IMG/VR virus record: IMGVR_UViG_2822507784_000003
Location: 1-64,000 of that record
Direction: 5' to 3' (one strand)
Source: an uncultured virus (IMG/VR IMGVR_UViG_2822507784_000003)
Lineage: Duplodnaviria > Heunggongvirae > Uroviricota > Caudoviricetes
DNA: 64,000 nt
Under the pieces are notes generated by a model. It ran no database searches and was not told where the DNA came from. It was given only the letters and a program-made list of their open reading frames with translations. Within the stretch, counting starts at the first letter, position 1. The number at the start of each line of letters is the position of its first letter. A program made the translations under genes and the position numbers. Positions 60,608 to 64,000 of this stretch are shown one piece after another.

Positions 60608-60847
60608 ATGGCTGAATTAAAACATGATGATATAAAAGAACTTCTTGTAGGGTTGACTAGGGTAGAAACAAAGCTTGATACACTAGGCAATGTTAAAGAA
60701 GTAGCAATTGAAGCACAACAGTCAGCAAAAAGCGCTCATATGCGTGTGGATAGATTAGATAAATTAGTGTTTTGGATTGGTACTACAGTAGTTGGAGCTA
60801 TTATCACTGGTGGGATAATGGCTCTTTTTAAATTCGCAGGGAAGTGA
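60608..60847 (+). CDS. XhlA-like lysis protein
   Basis: LTRVETKLD..SAH.RVDRL..WIG + TM. Confidence 0.8.
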   Translation: MAELKHDDIKELLVGLTRVETKLDTLGNVKEVAIEAQQSAKSAHMRVDRLDKLVFWIGTTVVGAIITGGIMALFKFAGK

Positions 60848-60889
60848 TCGTATATACGGTCACTTTTTTATTTGGAAGGAGGTGATAGC

Positions 60890-61120
60890 ATGAAAAAATT
60901 TGATGCAGCTTCAATTAGTCGTTATGTCGTATTAGTAATTGCGGTAATTAATAGTGTCTTAAATCTTGTGGGATACCAAACGATCGATGACAAAATCACA
61001 AACGATTTAGTGGCCGTAATTACAGGAGCTTTTACCCTGTATATGGCTTGGAAGAACAACTATTTGAGCAACAAAGGGGTACACCAAAAAGATGTATTAG
61101 AAAAAAATAACTTACACTAA
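60890..61120 (+). CDS. SPP1-family holin
   Basis: SISRYVVLVIAVIN..AWKNNY.S.KG. Confidence 0.85.
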   Translation: MKKFDAASISRYVVLVIAVINSVLNLVGYQTIDDKITNDLVAVITGAFTLYMAWKNNYLSNKGVHQKDVLEKNNLH

Positions 61121-61136
61121 AAGGAGATGTTGAATA

Positions 61137-61898
61137 ATGGGTAAATATAGTTTGCATGGTGGTCACAATCGTATTGTACAAGGTGCTAACTGGGGGGATA
61201 GAAAAGAACACACTATGGATCGTCTGGTTAAGGATGCAGTTGCAGCTAAGCTACGTGCGTTAGGTCATACGGTGTATGATGATACAGATGAAACAGGTTC
61301 TACTCAAGCACAAAATTTAAATAACATCGTTCGCAATTGTAATTCTCATAGTGTGGACCTTGTAATTTCATTCCACTTAAACGCTTATAACGGATCTGCA
61401 AACGGTGTGGAAGTTTGTTATTATGACCAACAATCTTTAGCGACGAAAGTATCAGCTCAACTCTCTAAAGATATTGGCTGGTCTAATCGTGGTGCGAAAC
61501 AACGTACTGACCTTTATGTATTAAATAGCACTAAAGCACCAGCAATCCTAATTGAACTTGGATTCATCGATAACGAGTCCGATATGGCTAAATGGGATGT
61601 AGATAAAATTGCGAATTCCATCGTATACGCATTGACTGGACAAACTGTTGGAGGTAGCCAACCAACCGCACCAACTCCACCATTTAATCAAAAACGTAAT
61701 GTTGTAGAGGCAGGAGGAATCGGTAGAGAAAATTTAGCTGATATAGTAGGAGCTTTAAATTCAGTTCACATGACGGGTAATTTAAACCTTAAAAGTGATG
61801 GGTACATTTATCCTGTAACTGATCCAACTAGCGACGCTCAATTAAAAGCATTCACTGACTATCTTGATCGCAAAGGCTGGGTATATACAGTTAAGTAA
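61137..61898 (+). CDS. Endolysin, N-acetylmuramoyl-L-alanine amidase (Amidase_3) with C-terminal binding domain
   Basis: HGGH, KE, ISFHLNA, GVEV, ILIELGFIDN. Confidence 0.92.
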   Translation: MGKYSLHGGHNRIVQGANWGDRKEHTMDRLVKDAVAAKLRALGHTVYDDTDETGSTQAQNLNNIVRNCNSHSVDLVISFHLNAYNGSANGVEVCYYDQQSLATKVSAQLSKDIGWSNRGAKQRTDLYVLNSTKAPAILIELGFIDNESDMAKWDVDKIANSIVYALTGQTVGGSQPTAPTPPFNQKRNVVEAGGIGRENLADIVGALNSVHMTGNLNLKSDGYIYPVTDPTSDAQLKAFTDYLDRKGWVYTVK

Positions 61899-61975
61899 AA
61901 CATACTATGTAACAGCAAATAAACCTTACGTATTTGTGAAATAAAAAAAGTGCTCATAATGTGAGCACTCTTTTT

Positions 61976-62476
61976 TTATCTGAATTTTTTGTTGTAACGG
62001 TACAACATAGTAGCAGCTTCAGCTCTTGTTGCTGCATCGTTTCCGCGACTACCGTCATAAAGACCCTTATCTGTTCCCCATGCAATCGAGTTACTGAATC
62101 CACCATTAGGTGTCCATGCTTTGGTGTTAAAACGTACTGCATAGAGCGTAGCTATCATTTCATTACGAGTAATATAGCTACCCCCACGAGTTCCGTCAGA
62201 ATACCCTCTACTCATCATATACTGACGTGCTTCGTCGTAATTTTTAACCCAATGCCCATTGAAGCGAGAAACCATCATCCAAACATCTTGTCGAAGTGCA
62301 GGACTATCTCGGTAATCATTTCGCATAATTCCTTTTCTGAAAGCCCAATCAATTTCCTGATCAGCCCAATGTGCTGAAGCTTCTTTCGGGGCGATTGTTG
62401 CGAACCCTGTAGATAACGTAATAGCAGCAATTGCAACAACTATAACCTTTTTAAATTTTTTTAACATCTTTTCCAT
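61976..62476 (-). CDS. Secreted protein with degenerate SLH-like repeats
   Basis: Signal peptide; HWA..IDWA..GIM, DGTRG..ITRNE, DGSRG..ATRAEAA.MLYR. Confidence 0.7.
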   Translation of the reverse strand: MEKMLKKFKKVIVVAIAAITLSTGFATIAPKEASAHWADQEIDWAFRKGIMRNDYRDSPALRQDVWMMVSRFNGHWVKNYDEARQYMMSRGYSDGTRGGSYITRNEMIATLYAVRFNTKAWTPNGGFSNSIAWGTDKGLYDGSRGNDAATRAEAATMLYRYNKKFR

Positions 62477-62677
62477 TCCTTCCCTATGTGCTTGTCACTT
62501 GCGTTATATTAATATATTAAAATTACTAAGTAAATAGATATAACGAAATTCACGGTATTCTTTTAGTAATAATTTGTGAACTTAACAAGAAAGTGGAATT
62601 ATATATATGATGTTATTTCCTACAAAAGAATAGTTTGATTAACAAAAATAAGAGCCGTCCTGTTGGGCGGCTTGTTT

Positions 62678-63019
62678 TTATTTTGCATCAATAATATCAA
62701 TAAATTTCAACGTCATATTATTGTAAAATGCATCCGTACAAATTATAGATTTATTCAGCGGATCAATATCAACAACGGTCATATAGTTAGTAAGTAAAAA
62801 ACCACCTTCGTAATATGTAATCATTATTTCTTCTTCAGAAAGCAACGAACATAATAGCATGTTCTCAATCAGTTCTTGTTCATCTTGGGTTAATGTAGGG
62901 CGTTCTACTTTCGTCTTTTCTTTAACAATCTTACGGATACCAGCGAATTGCTCCGGCATCGCAGCGAACGGAGTCCATTTAACCATTCCTCTTCCTTTTG
63001 GCATATTAGCGTTGTTCAT
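62678..63019 (-). CDS. yolD: YolD-like protein
   Basis: GRGMVKWTPFAAMPEQ; coupled to the Y-family polymerase. Confidence 0.85.
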   Translation of the reverse strand: MNNANMPKGRGMVKWTPFAAMPEQFAGIRKIVKEKTKVERPTLTQDEQELIENMLLCSLLSEEEIMITYYEGGFLLTNYMTVVDIDPLNKSIICTDAFYNNMTLKFIDIIDAK

Positions 63020-64000
63020 GCTTTATGTCCCCCTAACAATGTGTTTCTGTATCTTGCTGTTGCACTATTTGTATACGAAATTCCTCGTAATATGCTGTTC
63101 TTACCAAATTTAGTGCGTATTTCGTCCATTACTTTAGTTAGTTTCAATTCTTTTTCTCTTTGTATTACATTATCGAATAGTGAGATTTGTTCTTCGCCTT
63201 CATTGATTAAGTTAGTTAAAGAAACATTGATGGATCTAATGGGCTCCCCAGTATAAAACTCATGTAAAAAATATGTACAAATCTTATAAATATCCATTGT
63301 TAAATTAGTTGGTCGGTTCATAGTGTGAGTTTTTTTGAAACCACCAGAATAATTTTTGCTGTAACCAATGGAAAAATGAATAGTTTGAGCTAGTTTGTTT
63401 TGTCTTCGCATTCGATAACAAACTTCCTCGATATGCTCTAGTAGAATAATTGGGAATTCCTCTATTGTGTAATCACGCATTAGTATTTGACTTTTACCAA
63501 TAGAAGTTGTTGCTGGAACGTATTTTTCTGATATACGGCTAAAATCAATGCCGTTGCTATGTAAGTGTAGTTCTTCACCAATAACGCCAAAACTTTGTTT
63601 TAAGTATTTAAGTGGGTATTGCGCTAAGTCTCCGATGGAATGTATCCCCTTTCGGTTTAACTTTGCTTCTGTTTTACCTGAAATCCCCCAAAATTTATTA
63701 AGTGGTCGTATTGGCCATAATTTTATGGGTACATCTTCGTACTTCCAGTATGCTATGCAATCTTTCGTTTTCTTCGCTTCCACATCTAACGCTACTTTGC
63801 TCATTAAAGGATTAGGGCCAATTCCTATCGTGCATTCAATTCGTGTCTTCGCATATATTTCACGTTTAAATTTCAATGCGAAATCATATGGGTCGTTAGC
63901 AAACAAATGAATACTATCCGTAATATCCATAAAGAATTCATCAATGGAATATTGGTGGAAATCCTCAACAGGAACATATTGTAGAGCTAGTTTCGTGATG
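63016..64000 (-). CDS. uvrX: Y-family DNA polymerase (UvrX/UmuC-like), 5' end outside window
   Basis: YSIDEFFMD, GIGPN.LMSKVALD, WGI, SIGKSQIL, GGHKA. Confidence 0.9.
   Translation of the reverse strand, partial: ITKLALQYVPVEDFHQYSIDEFFMDITDSIHLFANDPYDFALKFKREIYAKTRIECTIGIGPNPLMSKVALDVEAKKTKDCIAYWKYEDVPIKLWPIRPLNKFWGISGKTEAKLNRKGIHSIGDLAQYPLKYLKQSFGVIGEELHLHSNGIDFSRISEKYVPATTSIGKSQILMRDYTIEEFPIILLEHIEEVCYRMRRQNKLAQTIHFSIGYSKNYSGGFKKTHTMNRPTNLTMDIYKICTYFLHEFYTGEPIRSINVSLTNLINEGEEQISLFDNVIQREKELKLTKVMDEIRTKFGKNSILRGISYTNSATARYRNTLLGGHKA

Larger units (their letters stand above)
23040..64000. mobile_element. Temperate siphophage (prophage or phage-plasmid) of the B. cereus group
   Basis: Ordered modules: arbitrium/lysogeny, replication, late activator, packaging, head, tail, lysis, yolD-uvrX. 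No integrase or att site identified. Confidence 0.9.

Overview
Low-GC Bacillus cereus-group DNA in two parts. (1) 1-22.9 kb: an accessory array of short, mostly minus-strand genes (lipoproteins, membrane proteins, spore/exosporium proteins, an LCI-like antimicrobial, nuclease-like defence candidates). They are separated by copies of two conserved non-coding modules. R1 (13 copies) is a small-RNA-like hairpin/terminator element. R2 (8 copies) is a promoter/leader with tandem Spo0A-box-like sites placed 21-22 bp from an extended -10. Cargo genes show domain swaps, a translationally coupled captured gene, and a 25-bp direct repeat around one cassette. This suggests a recombination-shuffled, sporulation-timed gene-cassette array, the most novel-looking feature of the window (inference). 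(2) 23-64 kb: a near-complete temperate siphophage. It has an arbitrium locus (aimR, aimP ending MMVDPGGGMG, aimX convergent on the repressor), a cI/cro switch with operators, a Sak-like annealase, a replication initiator with an embedded HNH motif, DnaC, dUTPase, a C5-methyltransferase with a nested second-subunit ORF, RecU, ArpU, and a serine resolvase with a res-like site. terL is split by a group I intron carrying a GIY-YIG endonuclease. PBSX/skin-like head genes, tail genes (with a -1 frameshift chaperone), a lysis cassette and yolD-uvrX follow. No integrase, CRISPR array, tRNA or rRNA was seen. All family assignments come from motif recognition by eye, not database searches.
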